A DNA stretch of 64,000 bases from Eggerthellaceae bacterium (GTDB taxonomy: Bacteria > Actinomycetota > Coriobacteriia > Coriobacteriales > Eggerthellaceae), in contig JAXGTO010000002.1 in assembly GCA_040774885.1 (NCBI GenBank), positions 39,328 to 103,327 of the forward strand. The letters are read 5' to 3'. The notes under the pieces were generated by a model. The model worked only from the letters and a program-made list of their open reading frames with translations, was not told the origin of the DNA and did no database searches. Below are positions 8,533 through 18,258 of the stretch, one piece after another. The stretch's first letter is position 1; every line of letters starts with the position of its first letter. A program made the translations under genes and the position numbers.

Positions 8533-10224
8533 CTAACCGCGCAACCGTGCTTCCAGGGCATCGTTGATGATTCTGAGCGCTTTGATGCGCGCATAGCGCT
8601 TATCGTTGCTTTCGAGCACCATCCACGGCGCGAACTCGGTGGATGTCAGGCGGAACATGTCTTCGACCGCCGATTTGTATTGCGGGTATTTATCACGGTT
8701 GCGCCAGTCTTCGTCGGTGATCTTCCATTGCTTGGACGGATCGTCTTGACGCGCCTTGAAGCGGGCCAGCTGTTCGTCCCGATCGATCTCAACCCAGAAC
8801 TTGAGCAGAACGGCGCCCCAGTCCACCAAATCGCGTTCGAACTCGTTGATTTCATCGTAGGCGCGACCCCATTCCGCAGGGCTGGCGAATCCTTCGACGC
8901 GTTCCACCAGCACACGGCCGTACCAACTGCGATCGTAGATTCCCACATGGCCCGCTTTGGGCAGGCGCGTCCAGTATCTCCACAGCGTGGGATGGAGCAG
9001 TTCGGGCTTGGTGGGCGCCGGGCTGGGAAAGATGGTATAGCTGCGCGCATCGAGGGCCTGGGCCACGCGCTTGATGTTGCCGCCTTTGCCCGCGGCATCC
9101 CATCCTTCGTACATGATGATGAGCGGAAGCCGCTTGAGGTACATCTCGAGTTCCAGGTTGTACAGGCGCTTCTGCTGGCGCTTTAGTTCACGATGGTAGT
9201 CTTCTTCGGGATAGCGCAGATGGTAATCGATGCCCTGCAGCGTGGGACGCGATGCCACGATGGGGAACTTCGAGGTTTTCGGTGCCTGTGCGTGTTGCTG
9301 GGCGGCACACGCCTCATTGGCCGTGCGGACGGCCGCTTGCTGATCGGCCGTGCGAGTCCGCTCGTCATCGGGAGCCTCATCGCCGGTTCCGGCAGAATTG
9401 GCGGCGGCCTTGGCCGCTGCGGCAGCGGCCTGCGGGTCGTCGGCGCGGTTGACGGCTTCATCGAGCGCATCGACGAGCGTGCGGGCGATGGTCAGATTGG
9501 CGCGGCGCTTATCTTCGGCATTCACCACCACCCAGGGAGCGAAGGTGAAGTTGGTCTTGGGCAGGAGCTCATCGAGCACTTCGCGCTCCCGACGATACTC
9601 TCCCAAATGGCGCAGTTCTTCTTGGTCGACACGCCATGCGGTGGCAGGATCGTTGGCCAAGGCACGCAAGCGTCGGCGCTGCGTCTTCTCGGAGATATGC
9701 AAGAAGAACTTCACCACGATGTAGCCGTCGTCCACCAGCTGGCGCTCGAAGCTCTCCGTTTCGGCAAGGTAGCTGTCCACCAATTCCGAACGGGCGGCAC
9801 GCTGCGCGTCATCAAGATTTCTGCCCGGGTCGGCATAGAGCACCCGCTGCACGGCCGTGGTGTACCAACCGCGATCGTAGAGCGTCATATTGCCACGCGG
9901 GCCCAGCGCGCTCCAGAACTGTTGCATCCACGGATAGTAATCGGTTGCCTCGTATCCGCGCTTGCGGAACTTCTTGGCATCCTTGATGTTGTAGTTTTCA
10001 GTAACGTACACGCTGGTCATACGCGCATCCAGGTGATAAAGGAGGTCGGAGATGCGGCCGCCTTTGCCGGCGCCGTTCCAGCCTTCCAGCAAGACCACGA
10101 GCCCCACGCCCTTGGTGTGCGCCTGCTGCTGCAGCGACACGAGCCGCTCCACCAGCGCATCATGGACCGGTTTGTATTCTTCTTTGGTGATGGGGGCCAC
10201 ATCGAAATCGATCTTGTCGAGCAT
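8533..10224 (-). CDS. ppk2: Two-domain polyphosphate kinase 2 (PPK2; PAP-like polyphosphate:AMP phosphotransferase architecture)
   Basis: Two PPK2 P-loop modules (LLEGWNGAGKGG and MYEGWDAAGKGG) are joined by an Ala/Gln-rich linker. The start was taken at MLDKIDF, which has an AAGGAGG RBS 6 nt upstream. Confidence 0.9.
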   Translation of the reverse strand: MLDKIDFDVAPITKEEYKPVHDALVERLVSLQQQAHTKGVGLVVLLEGWNGAGKGGRISDLLYHLDARMTSVYVTENYNIKDAKKFRKRGYEATDYYPWMQQFWSALGPRGNMTLYDRGWYTTAVQRVLYADPGRNLDDAQRAARSELVDSYLAETESFERQLVDDGYIVVKFFLHISEKTQRRRLRALANDPATAWRVDQEELRHLGEYRREREVLDELLPKTNFTFAPWVVVNAEDKRRANLTIARTLVDALDEAVNRADDPQAAAAAAKAAANSAGTGDEAPDDERTRTADQQAAVRTANEACAAQQHAQAPKTSKFPIVASRPTLQGIDYHLRYPEEDYHRELKRQQKRLYNLELEMYLKRLPLIIMYEGWDAAGKGGNIKRVAQALDARSYTIFPSPAPTKPELLHPTLWRYWTRLPKAGHVGIYDRSWYGRVLVERVEGFASPAEWGRAYDEINEFERDLVDWGAVLLKFWVEIDRDEQLARFKARQDDPSKQWKITDEDWRNRDKYPQYKSAVEDMFRLTSTEFAPWMVLESNDKRYARIKALRIINDALEARLRG

Positions 10225-10341
10225 GCTCGATCCTCCTTGTAAAGCTTCGGCAAAGAAACGATTGCCGGCAACGGGCATTCCCGCCGCTTCGCGCTTCCAA
10301 GCACTATGATAGAACCAAATCTACGACGTGAGGAGCCGAAA

Positions 10342-11271
10342 TTGCCTAATCTTGGATTGATTGACTGCGGATCGAATACGGTGCGCCTGTGCATCTACCA
10401 GGTGTCTGAAAACGCACGGCCGCCTTTCGAACGCAAGGATTTCTCTTTGCTGCTCAACCACAAAGTGATGGCCGGCCTTGCGTCCCAAATCGAAGACGGG
10501 CTCATGACGAAGCGCGGCGTCAAGAAGGCCGCCTCGGCCATCAAAGGCCATTTGCAGACCGCAGAATTCTTCGATTGCGAGCGACTGGATGTCTTCGCCA
10601 CGGCTTTTTTGCGCAATTGCGATAATTCCGATCAGGCAAAAGCGGCCATCGAAGCCGCCTGCGGCGCGACCATCAACGTGCTCTCGGCGCGCGACGAGGC
10701 CCATCTGGGTTTCGTAGGGGCACGCTGCGCCACCAAAGGTATGGACCGCGGCACCTTGGTGGATATCGGAGGCGGATCGACCGAATTGACGCGCATCGAA
10801 GATGCGACGGACTCCGATGACATCAGCATCGCGCAGGGATCGCTTTCGAGCTTCGTGGAAAGCGTGCACGGCGTGATTCCCGACCAACACGAGCAGCAGG
10901 CCATCGCCGAGCGCTTCCGCGGACTGCTTGAAAAGGTGCCGACGTACGACCGTTATCGCGCGCCGTTGTTTTACGGCGTGGGAGGAAGCGTACGCGCCGT
11001 GGCCCGCATCTACGGAGAAGCGCTGGGCGACGGCAAACGACCCGATGTGATGGAGGCGATGCAAGTGAAAGACCTGCTGGCCTTTGCGCAGCGCGATCCA
11101 TCCGGTTTTGCACATGCGGCCCTGCGCGTGACGCCCGACCGCGTGCACACCGCGCTCCCCGGCTGCATCCTGCTCGATGTCGTGATGGATGATTTCGGCG
11201 CCCGGCAATTGGAATTGTGCCGATGCGGCGTACGCGAGGGTTATCTGTTGGAACGCATGCTCCAGCAGTAA
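10342..11271 (+). CDS. ppx: Ppx/GppA-family phosphatase (exopolyphosphatase-like)
   Basis: GLIDCGSNTVRL and DIGGGSTEL ASKHA motifs. The start is uncertain. The TTG at 10342 has a GAGGAG RBS, and the ORF track starts at ATG 10306. Confidence 0.82.
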   Translation: MPNLGLIDCGSNTVRLCIYQVSENARPPFERKDFSLLLNHKVMAGLASQIEDGLMTKRGVKKAASAIKGHLQTAEFFDCERLDVFATAFLRNCDNSDQAKAAIEAACGATINVLSARDEAHLGFVGARCATKGMDRGTLVDIGGGSTELTRIEDATDSDDISIAQGSLSSFVESVHGVIPDQHEQQAIAERFRGLLEKVPTYDRYRAPLFYGVGGSVRAVARIYGEALGDGKRPDVMEAMQVKDLLAFAQRDPSGFAHAALRVTPDRVHTALPGCILLDVVMDDFGARQLELCRCGVREGYLLERMLQQ

Positions 11272-11386
11272 CCGACGAGCGGCGCTCGCTCGCCGCGCCG
11301 CCGGCCCGTATCACGTGCTCGGCACTGCCAAAACGGGGCGCGTGAGGTACCATGGAGGACAAGGATTCGAACCGAGGGAGAAGACG

Positions 11387-14044
11387 ATGCCGGATACCGA
11401 AAACGACGAGAAGTCCACCAAGAGCGCCCAGGACTCCGACGAATCGCAACAGGGCAACGGAAAACCGCTGTGCCCCTACATGCAAAATCGCGAGTTGTCT
11501 TGGCTGGCCTTCAACGAGCGCGTGCTCGACCAAGGCGCCGACCCCAGCGTGCCGCTGTTGGAACGATTGCAGTTCGTCTCCATCTTCTGGAGCAACCTGC
11601 AGGAATTCTTCATGGTGCGCGTAGGCAGCCTTACCGATTTGAACCTGCTGAAAAAAGAAATCATCGACAACAAGTCGAATATGACGCCTTCCCAGCAGCT
11701 CGATGCGGTCTACGCCCGTTGCCATGAACTGTATCCGCAGCAAGAAAAGATCTACCTCAACCTCCAAGACGAGCTGGCCCAGGCCGGCATGCGACGGCTG
11801 GAGCCCGAGGCGCTCAACCAGGAGCAGGCGGCCTTCCTGCAAGATCATCTGGAAACCAACGTGCTTCCCTTCCTCAGCCCGCAGATCATCAACGCCCGCC
11901 ATCCCTTCCCCCACTTGGCCAACGGCCAGCTCTATATCATCGTGCGGCTGTTGGAAGAAGAGGACAAGCCCAAAGAAGAGCAGACCAAGGCCGAACGGCA
12001 AGCAGCCAAAGAAGCGCGCAAGAAGGCGAAGGCCCTGGGTGCCGAAGGCGTGACGCTGGGTCTGGTCCCCCTGCCCCGCCAAGCCCGCCGCGTCATTCCC
12101 CTGCCTGGCGACGGATTCAACTTCATCTTGTTGGAAGATGCCATCGAGATGGCCATCTCCAATATCTTCAGCATGTACAAGGTCAAGCACACCAACATCA
12201 TCTGCGTCACGCGCAACGCCGACCTCGACGCCACCGAAGGCGCCGACGAACGCGAAGAGGATTACCGCGAGCATATGAAGAAGATCCTCAAAAAGCGCGC
12301 CCGTCTGCACCCGGTGCGGCTGGAAAGCAAGCGCAAGCTTTCATCCACGGTGTCGGAATTCTTGATGGAACGGCTGGAACTCGAACAGTATCAGCTGTTC
12401 ACCACGCGCGTGCCGCTCGATATGGGCTACGCATTCGGAATCGCCGGCATGGTGGACGACGAAACGCGCGCGGCCAACACCAGCAATCCGTTTTCGCCTG
12501 TATGGCCCGCCTGCATCAAACGCAACGCAAGTGTGATGGAGCAGGCGCGCGAACGCGAACTGCTGCTGTCGTATCCGTACGAGAGCATGGACCCGTTCAT
12601 CCAGATGCTGCGCGAAGCCGCACACGACCCCAACGTGGTATCCATCAAGATCACCCTGTACCGTCTGGCCAATCAAAGCCACTTGGCAGAAGCCCTGATC
12701 GCCGCAGCGGAAGCCGGCAAAGAGGTCACGGCGCTGTTCGAGTTGCGCGCGCGTTTCGACGAGAGCAACAATATCGAATGGTCGCAGCGCTTCGAGGAAG
12801 CGGGGGCCAAGGTGATCTACGGCTTCCATGATTACAAAGTGCATTCCAAGATCTGCTGCATCACCCGTCAAAACGGCGACAAGCTGGAATACCTCACGCA
12901 ACTGGGAACCGGCAACTACAACGAGAAGACGGCCAAGCTCTACACCGACTTCAGCTTCATCACTTCCAGCGAAGCCATCGGACGCGATGCCGTGGAGTTC
13001 TTCCGCAACATGGGCATGGAAGTCGCCAGCCGCAACTACCAGACCATCTGGGTGGCCCCGTTGCAGATCAAGCAGAACATCTGCTCGGGAATCGATGAGC
13101 AGATCGCACTGGCCAAAGAAGGCAAGCCATGCGGGCTCTTCTTCAAGACCAACAGCATCACCGACAAAGACATCATGGAAAAGCTTGAGCAAGCCAGCCG
13201 CGCCGGCGTTCCCGTCACGTGCTTGGTACGCGGCATTTCGTGCTTGTTGCCGCAAGTCAAAGGGCACACGGAGAATATTCGCGTCCTTTCGATCGTGGGC
13301 CGCCTGCTGGAACACAGCCGCATCTACGGATTCGGCCCCCACGACCAAATGAGCATCTACCTTTCGAGCGCCGATTTGATGACGCGCAACATGGACAAGC
13401 GCATCGAGATCGCCTGGCCTGTTTTGGACGACACGCTGCGCCAGGAAGTGATCGATTACACCGATACGTGCCTGCGCGATACCGCGAAGCTGCGCGAACT
13501 GCGTGCCGATGGGACCTATACGGCGCTGCGCTCTCTGGCCCAAAAGGGCGACGAGCCGTTCAACAGCCAAGAGCACTTGATTGCGGAAGCACGCGAGCGT
13601 TCGGAGGCTGCTGCAAAATTGGAAGGCGACGGCAACGGATTCGCCAAATTGAAGATGCAGGCAACCGGTGCGGCGGCGCATCCCGCCCAACAGACGACCG
13701 TCGATCTGGAAGAAACGTTCCGCGAAGCGCTCAAGCACGAGGTGCCCGAAGACGAGGCCGATGAGTTGGCCGCTGTGGCCGTAGCCGCATACGAAGCCGT
13801 CACCCACCAGACTGCTGGCGAAGACGATGCACCCGCAGAAAAGTCCGACGCGCAATCTACCACGCAACCAGCGGCTTCGAAGGAAGCGACTGCACCAGCG
13901 GCCGCCTCGAAGCAAACTGGTGCGCCGACGACGACAGACTCTGCATCGGCAACGGGAACGTCGCAGAAGGCTGCAGCCGCCCCCGCGACCCCGCCGCGCA
14001 AGCACGGCTTCTTCTGGCGCCTGTTCCACCCCAACGAACGATAG
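11387..14044 (+). CDS. ppk: Polyphosphate kinase 1 with ~190-aa low-complexity C-terminal tail
   Basis: NRELSWLAFNERVL, the two PLD-like HKxxxxD-type modules (GFHDYKVHSKICCI, LLEHSRIY) and the PPK C domains. The start was taken at MPDTEND (GAGGGAGAAG RBS). The longer ORF would overlap ppx. Confidence 0.95.
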   Translation: MPDTENDEKSTKSAQDSDESQQGNGKPLCPYMQNRELSWLAFNERVLDQGADPSVPLLERLQFVSIFWSNLQEFFMVRVGSLTDLNLLKKEIIDNKSNMTPSQQLDAVYARCHELYPQQEKIYLNLQDELAQAGMRRLEPEALNQEQAAFLQDHLETNVLPFLSPQIINARHPFPHLANGQLYIIVRLLEEEDKPKEEQTKAERQAAKEARKKAKALGAEGVTLGLVPLPRQARRVIPLPGDGFNFILLEDAIEMAISNIFSMYKVKHTNIICVTRNADLDATEGADEREEDYREHMKKILKKRARLHPVRLESKRKLSSTVSEFLMERLELEQYQLFTTRVPLDMGYAFGIAGMVDDETRAANTSNPFSPVWPACIKRNASVMEQARERELLLSYPYESMDPFIQMLREAAHDPNVVSIKITLYRLANQSHLAEALIAAAEAGKEVTALFELRARFDESNNIEWSQRFEEAGAKVIYGFHDYKVHSKICCITRQNGDKLEYLTQLGTGNYNEKTAKLYTDFSFITSSEAIGRDAVEFFRNMGMEVASRNYQTIWVAPLQIKQNICSGIDEQIALAKEGKPCGLFFKTNSITDKDIMEKLEQASRAGVPVTCLVRGISCLLPQVKGHTENIRVLSIVGRLLEHSRIYGFGPHDQMSIYLSSADLMTRNMDKRIEIAWPVLDDTLRQEVIDYTDTCLRDTAKLRELRADGTYTALRSLAQKGDEPFNSQEHLIAEARERSEAAAKLEGDGNGFAKLKMQATGAAAHPAQQTTVDLEETFREALKHEVPEDEADELAAVAVAAYEAVTHQTAGEDDAPAEKSDAQSTTQPAASKEATAPAAASKQTGAPTTTDSASATGTSQKAAAAPATPPRKHGFFWRLFHPNER

Positions 14045-14065
14045 GCTGCATGCAGCTGTCACCTG

Positions 14066-14097
14066 AAAACGGGATGCCAATTCGGCATCCCGTTTTT
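14066..14097. terminator. Bidirectional intrinsic terminator after ppk
   Basis: AAAACGGGATGCC-AATTC-GGCATCCCGTTTTT: a 9-bp GC-rich stem flanked by an A-run and a T-run. Confidence 0.75.
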
Positions 14098-14261
14098 CAT
14101 TCCCCCACTCCTGCTTCCAATTGGCAGCGTCACCTTGCAGCAATATGGCGTTCCCGTTTCACCCCATTGCACCTGCAAACTCATGGAGCACCGATTCTTC
14201 GGAGCAACACGGCATCCCGTTTCACTCCTTCGCATCGCACTAGGGGCGTTTTGCTTTTCTG

Positions 14262-14450
14262 AGATCACCAAAACGGCCTTTTCTGCAAAGAATTTGCGAT
14301 ACGGTACGCCTTCGACCCACGATTCAACGTCAAAAATGCGAACCTGTCGACAAAACCCCAGTTCAGCAAGATTCAATTCAGCAATAACTCCAAGAATGGA
14401 GTACCGTACCGCAAATTCTTTGCAGAAAACGGCGAATTTGCGTTCTCGGA
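14262..14450 (+). repeat. Imperfect-palindrome intergenic element, copy E1 of 4
   Basis: CTGCAAAGAATTTGCGATACGGTAC (14283-14307) versus GTACCGTACCGCAAATTCTTTGCAG (14401-14425) gives a 24/25 inverted repeat. CCCCAGTTCA is at 14356-14365. The flanks are homologous to E0/E2/E3. The element ends 3 nt from the asd stop. Confidence 0.8.
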
Positions 14451-14453
14451 CAC

Positions 14454-15494
14454 CTAGGGCAAGAGCAGCTGGGCGATTTGAACGGCGTTGAGCGCTGCGC
14501 CCTTGCGGATTTGGTCGGCAACGACCCACAGCGAGATGCCGTGCTCGACCGACGGATCACAACGCAAGCGACCCACGTAGGTATCGTCGGTGCCGGCGAG
14601 AAGCCCCGGCATGGGATATACGTTGTTTCGAGGGTCGTCCATCAGCGTGATGCCGGGAGCCGCTTGGAGCGCGACGCGCGCTTGGTCGACGGAAATCGGT
14701 CCATCGAACTCGATGTTGACGGCTTCTCCGTGACAGCGCAAAACGGGCACGCGCACGCACGTGGCGCACACGCCGATGTTGTCGTCGCCCATAATCTTCT
14801 TGGTTTCGACCACCATCTTCCATTCCTCTTTGTACGAGCCATCTTCCATGGGCACGTCGATATGGGGGATGGTATTGAAAGCGATCTGATCGCTGAATGC
14901 ATCTATGGTGAGCTCCTCGCCGTCCAAGAATTGACGAGTCTGGTCGTAGAGCTCGGCCATGGCCGCGGCACCCGCTCCGCTGGCCGCCTGATACGTGGAA
15001 ACGACGATGCGCTTGATAGGGGCGATGTCATGCAACGGCTTGCAAGCAACCACCATCTGGATGGTAGAGCAGTTGGGATTGGCGATGACGCCCGAATGGC
15101 CGGCGATGGCGTCTGGGTTTACTTCAGGCACCACCAGGGGAACGTCGTCATCCATGCGAAAGGCGCTGGAGTTGTCGATCATCACGGCCCCTGCATCGCA
15201 CACCGCCTGACGCATCTTCTTCGAAACGGAAGCCCCGGCGGAAAACAAGGCGATGTCGACTCCGGCAAACGAATCCGTCGTCATTTCCTCAACCGTCAAA
15301 TCGCCGGCAGGAACGTCGCCGCAACCGTCGAAAGGAAGCTTCTTGCCTGCACTGCGCGCTGAAGCCAATGCCCTCACCTGGGAAGCAGGGAAATCAACGT
15401 CGTGCAGCACCTTGAGGAATTCCGCTCCCACCGCACCGGTGGCGCCGGCGATGGCCACAACAGGACGAGCGGGCATCTTCACGTTCCAAACCAT
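14454..15494 (-). CDS. asd: Aspartate-semialdehyde dehydrogenase
   Basis: VAIAGATGAVG, NPNCSTI (active-site Cys) and GAALNAVQIAQ. The ATG at 15494 lies 7 nt after AGGGAG. Confidence 0.95.
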   Translation of the reverse strand: MVWNVKMPARPVVAIAGATGAVGAEFLKVLHDVDFPASQVRALASARSAGKKLPFDGCGDVPAGDLTVEEMTTDSFAGVDIALFSAGASVSKKMRQAVCDAGAVMIDNSSAFRMDDDVPLVVPEVNPDAIAGHSGVIANPNCSTIQMVVACKPLHDIAPIKRIVVSTYQAASGAGAAAMAELYDQTRQFLDGEELTIDAFSDQIAFNTIPHIDVPMEDGSYKEEWKMVVETKKIMGDDNIGVCATCVRVPVLRCHGEAVNIEFDGPISVDQARVALQAAPGITLMDDPRNNVYPMPGLLAGTDDTYVGRLRCDPSVEHGISLWVVADQIRKGAALNAVQIAQLLLP

Positions 15495-15692
15495 GGTCAA
15501 ACTCCCTATCTAGCGATTGCGTTCAATGAATGGATTGCAGGCCAGTATACGCCAGCAAGCGACATCGGAGCGCAGAATCGCCGCATTGGCTGCTCGAATG
15601 CATGCGCGTGCGCGGAAACCGGAGCCGACGAACCACGGCCCGATGACTTCGAATGACGGCACCATACCGCCGAGCTCGAGAAGAAACGCTGC

Positions 15693-16973
15693 CTAGCGAC
15701 CTTTGTGCTTCTTGGCTTCCAGCTCTTCGGCCGAAAGGGACTTTTCCTCGAATACGCTGTCCGAATCAAGTCCGAACGCAGTGTGCAGGCAACGCACAGC
15801 CAGCTCCATCTGGGTGCCATCGATCACCATGGAAAGGCGGATGGGACTCGTCGAAATCATAAGGATGTTCACCTTGGCGTCGGCCAACGCGCTGAAGGCT
15901 TTGGCGGCGATGCCCGGCGTGCTCTTCATGCCGGTTCCCACAAGGCTCACCTTGGCGATATCTTCGTCGACTGCATACTCGCGGGCACCGATGACCGGCA
16001 AGGCCTGCTCAACCACTTCGCGGGCTCGCTTCAAATCGGCACCGGGACACGTGAACGAAATATCGGTCTGGCCATGTTCCGAAACGTTTTGCAAAATCAT
16101 GTCAACGCTCACGTTTCCGCTGGCCAATGCCGTGAATACGCGAGCAGCCACACCGAACTGGTCGGGGACGTCGCGGATGGTCATCTTGACTTCGGAGGTA
16201 TCGTGCGCGATTCCGGAAATAACGGCGTGCTCCATGGAAGGATCGTCCTCCTTGATGAACGTGCCCAGGGCGTCGCTGAACGCCGAACGGGAATGTATGA
16301 CAACATGATATTTGCGCGCCAGCTCGACCGCGCGCGTCTGCAACACGCCGGCGCCGGAACTGGCCAGCTCGAGCATGTCTTCGTAATTGATTTCGGAAAG
16401 CTTGCGGGCTCGCGGCGCCACACGCGGATCGGCAGTGTAGATGCCGTCCACATCGGAATAGATTTCGCAGACATCGGCACCGATGCCATAGGCCACAGCC
16501 ACGGCCGTCGTGTCGCTGCCGCCTCTTCCCAGCGTGGTGATGTCGCCATTCTTGTCGATGCCTTGGAAGCCGGCCACCACGGGGATTATTCCCTGTGAAA
16601 TGGCTTTCTTGATGCGATCGGCATGCACCAAGGTGATTTTCGCCTTCGCATGCTCGGTATCGGTTTCAATGCCAGCCTGCCGCCCGGTGAAGCTCATGGA
16701 TCGGTAACCGCGGGCTTCAACCGCCATGGCCAGCAATGTCATGGAAACTTGTTCGCCCGTAGAAAGCAATCGGTCCATTTCGCGCGCAGGGGGATTGTCG
16801 TTGATGGCGGCGGCCAATCCCACCAGCTCATCAGTGGTCTTGCCCATGGCGGAAACCACGGCCACCACGTCATCGCCCTGCTGCTTGATGGATACCAGGC
16901 GCTTTGCCACATTCTGTATGCGCTCGGGAGAAGCAAGGGAGGTCCCCCCGAATTTTGCAACGATCAAAGCCAT
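15693..16973 (-). CDS. lysC: Aspartate kinase (alpha subunit frame; an internal beta-subunit start is likely)
   Basis: MALIVAKFGGTSL, GRGGSDTTA and two C-terminal ACT domains. The longer ORF-track start lacks support. Confidence 0.95.
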   Translation of the reverse strand: MALIVAKFGGTSLASPERIQNVAKRLVSIKQQGDDVVAVVSAMGKTTDELVGLAAAINDNPPAREMDRLLSTGEQVSMTLLAMAVEARGYRSMSFTGRQAGIETDTEHAKAKITLVHADRIKKAISQGIIPVVAGFQGIDKNGDITTLGRGGSDTTAVAVAYGIGADVCEIYSDVDGIYTADPRVAPRARKLSEINYEDMLELASSGAGVLQTRAVELARKYHVVIHSRSAFSDALGTFIKEDDPSMEHAVISGIAHDTSEVKMTIRDVPDQFGVAARVFTALASGNVSVDMILQNVSEHGQTDISFTCPGADLKRAREVVEQALPVIGAREYAVDEDIAKVSLVGTGMKSTPGIAAKAFSALADAKVNILMISTSPIRLSMVIDGTQMELAVRCLHTAFGLDSDSVFEEKSLSAEELEAKKHKGR

Positions 16974-17016
16974 GGTTGTCTTTCTGCTCGATTGGTCGTC
17001 GCATATGATAGCAAAA

Positions 17017-18258
17017 TCACTTGGATGCCTCCTGCACGCCAGCGGGCATTTTCCACAACAGCACAAAACCGATGGCGAACAACACCACGATGGACAAAAC
17101 ACCCCACGACGAATTGCCGGTAAGTTGGGTGAACACGCTTACCAACAACGTCCCCATGACAGCGGCGTATTTGCCGAAGATATCGAAGAAACCGTAGTAC
17201 TCGTTTGCTCGTTCTTTGGGAATGAGCTTGCCGAATTCCGAGCGCGAAAGCGCCTGAACGCCGCCCTGGAACAAGCCCACGCAGATGGCCAAGATCCAGA
17301 ACTCGACGGCCGAGCGCAAGAAGAACGCAGCGAACAACGTGATGCCGCCGTAGGCCGCCACCGCCACCAACAACATCCGCCGCGTGCCGAACTTCCCTGC
17401 AAGGCGCCCATAGGCGATGGCCGAGGGAAACGCCACGAATTGCGTGACCAGCAGCGCCAATACCAATTGGGTAGAATCGATGCCCAGGTCGGTGCCGTAA
17501 CTGGTGGACATCTTGATGATGGTATGCACGCCATCGATGTAGAAGAAGAACGCTCCCATGAACATCAGCAGACGCTTATCGTGCACGATGCTCGAAATGG
17601 TGCGCCCCAGCCCCGCGAATGCAGTCCGCACCACATGGGTGCCGCGCGGCTTGCCGTGTACCTGATGCACATTGCGGATAAGCGGGATGCTGAACACCAC
17701 CCACCAGACAGCCGTGATGGCGAAAGCTATCTTCATGCCCACAGCCAAGGGAATGCCCACCGACGGCCCAGCGAGCACTACCGCCAAACAGGCGATGAAC
17801 GGAACGCACGACCCGATGTAGCCCCAAGCGTATCCCTGCGAAGAAATCTCGTCATAACGCTTCTCTTCGGTGGCATCCACCAAGAAGGCATCGTAGAACA
17901 CCATGGAGCCGTTGAGCATGACCGCAGTTATCACGTATACGATGAGGAACGGCAGCGCTTCGGTGGGAATGCCCAAAGCAGCGCACGCGACAGCACCGGT
18001 GCCGATGGTGCCGACCAGGAACTTCTTCTTATTGCCCTGGATGTCGGCCAAACTGCCCAATACGGGCATGAGCAGAGCCAAGATCAACGAAGCCACGGTC
18101 TCCGCATAGCCCCACGCCACCACTACGGAGCTGCCCGGTTCGGCCAATGTTTTGAAGTACACGGGAATGAGCGCGGTGGATAGAAGCACGAACGCCGAAT
18201 TGCCCACATCGTAGAGAACCCAGCTGCGCTCGGTTCTATTCATGCCGTTTCGCTTCAT
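17017..18258 (-). CDS. MFS transporter, UMF1/Atg22-like
   Basis: WVLYDVGNSAF N-terminal signature and about 12 hydrophobic segments. The start is at MKRNGMNR with a GGAAGGA RBS. The upstream half of the 766-aa ORF is antisense to the next gene. Confidence 0.85.
   Translation of the reverse strand: MKRNGMNRTERSWVLYDVGNSAFVLLSTALIPVYFKTLAEPGSSVVVAWGYAETVASLILALLMPVLGSLADIQGNKKKFLVGTIGTGAVACAALGIPTEALPFLIVYVITAVMLNGSMVFYDAFLVDATEEKRYDEISSQGYAWGYIGSCVPFIACLAVVLAGPSVGIPLAVGMKIAFAITAVWWVVFSIPLIRNVHQVHGKPRGTHVVRTAFAGLGRTISSIVHDKRLLMFMGAFFFYIDGVHTIIKMSTSYGTDLGIDSTQLVLALLVTQFVAFPSAIAYGRLAGKFGTRRMLLVAVAAYGGITLFAAFFLRSAVEFWILAICVGLFQGGVQALSRSEFGKLIPKERANEYYGFFDIFGKYAAVMGTLLVSVFTQLTGNSSWGVLSIVVLFAIGFVLLWKMPAGVQEASK

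Noticed and set aside
11189-11386. An extended PPK1 N-terminus overlapping the end of ppx. There are similar long ORF-track starts for lysC (17102), glmU (31907), yebC (38485), purN (4635), xdhC-like (4037), relA (25268) and pth (29316).
   Set aside because: Internal Met codons with Shine-Dalgarno sequences coincide with the conserved N-termini of each family. The extensions overlap neighbouring genes or structured elements.
14085-14235. Three loosely similar GGCATCCCGTTT-containing segments spaced ~63 nt apart downstream of ppk.
   Set aside because: The first is simply the descending arm of the ppk terminator. The similarity of the other two is short (about 12 nt) and degenerate, which is not enough to call a repeat family.
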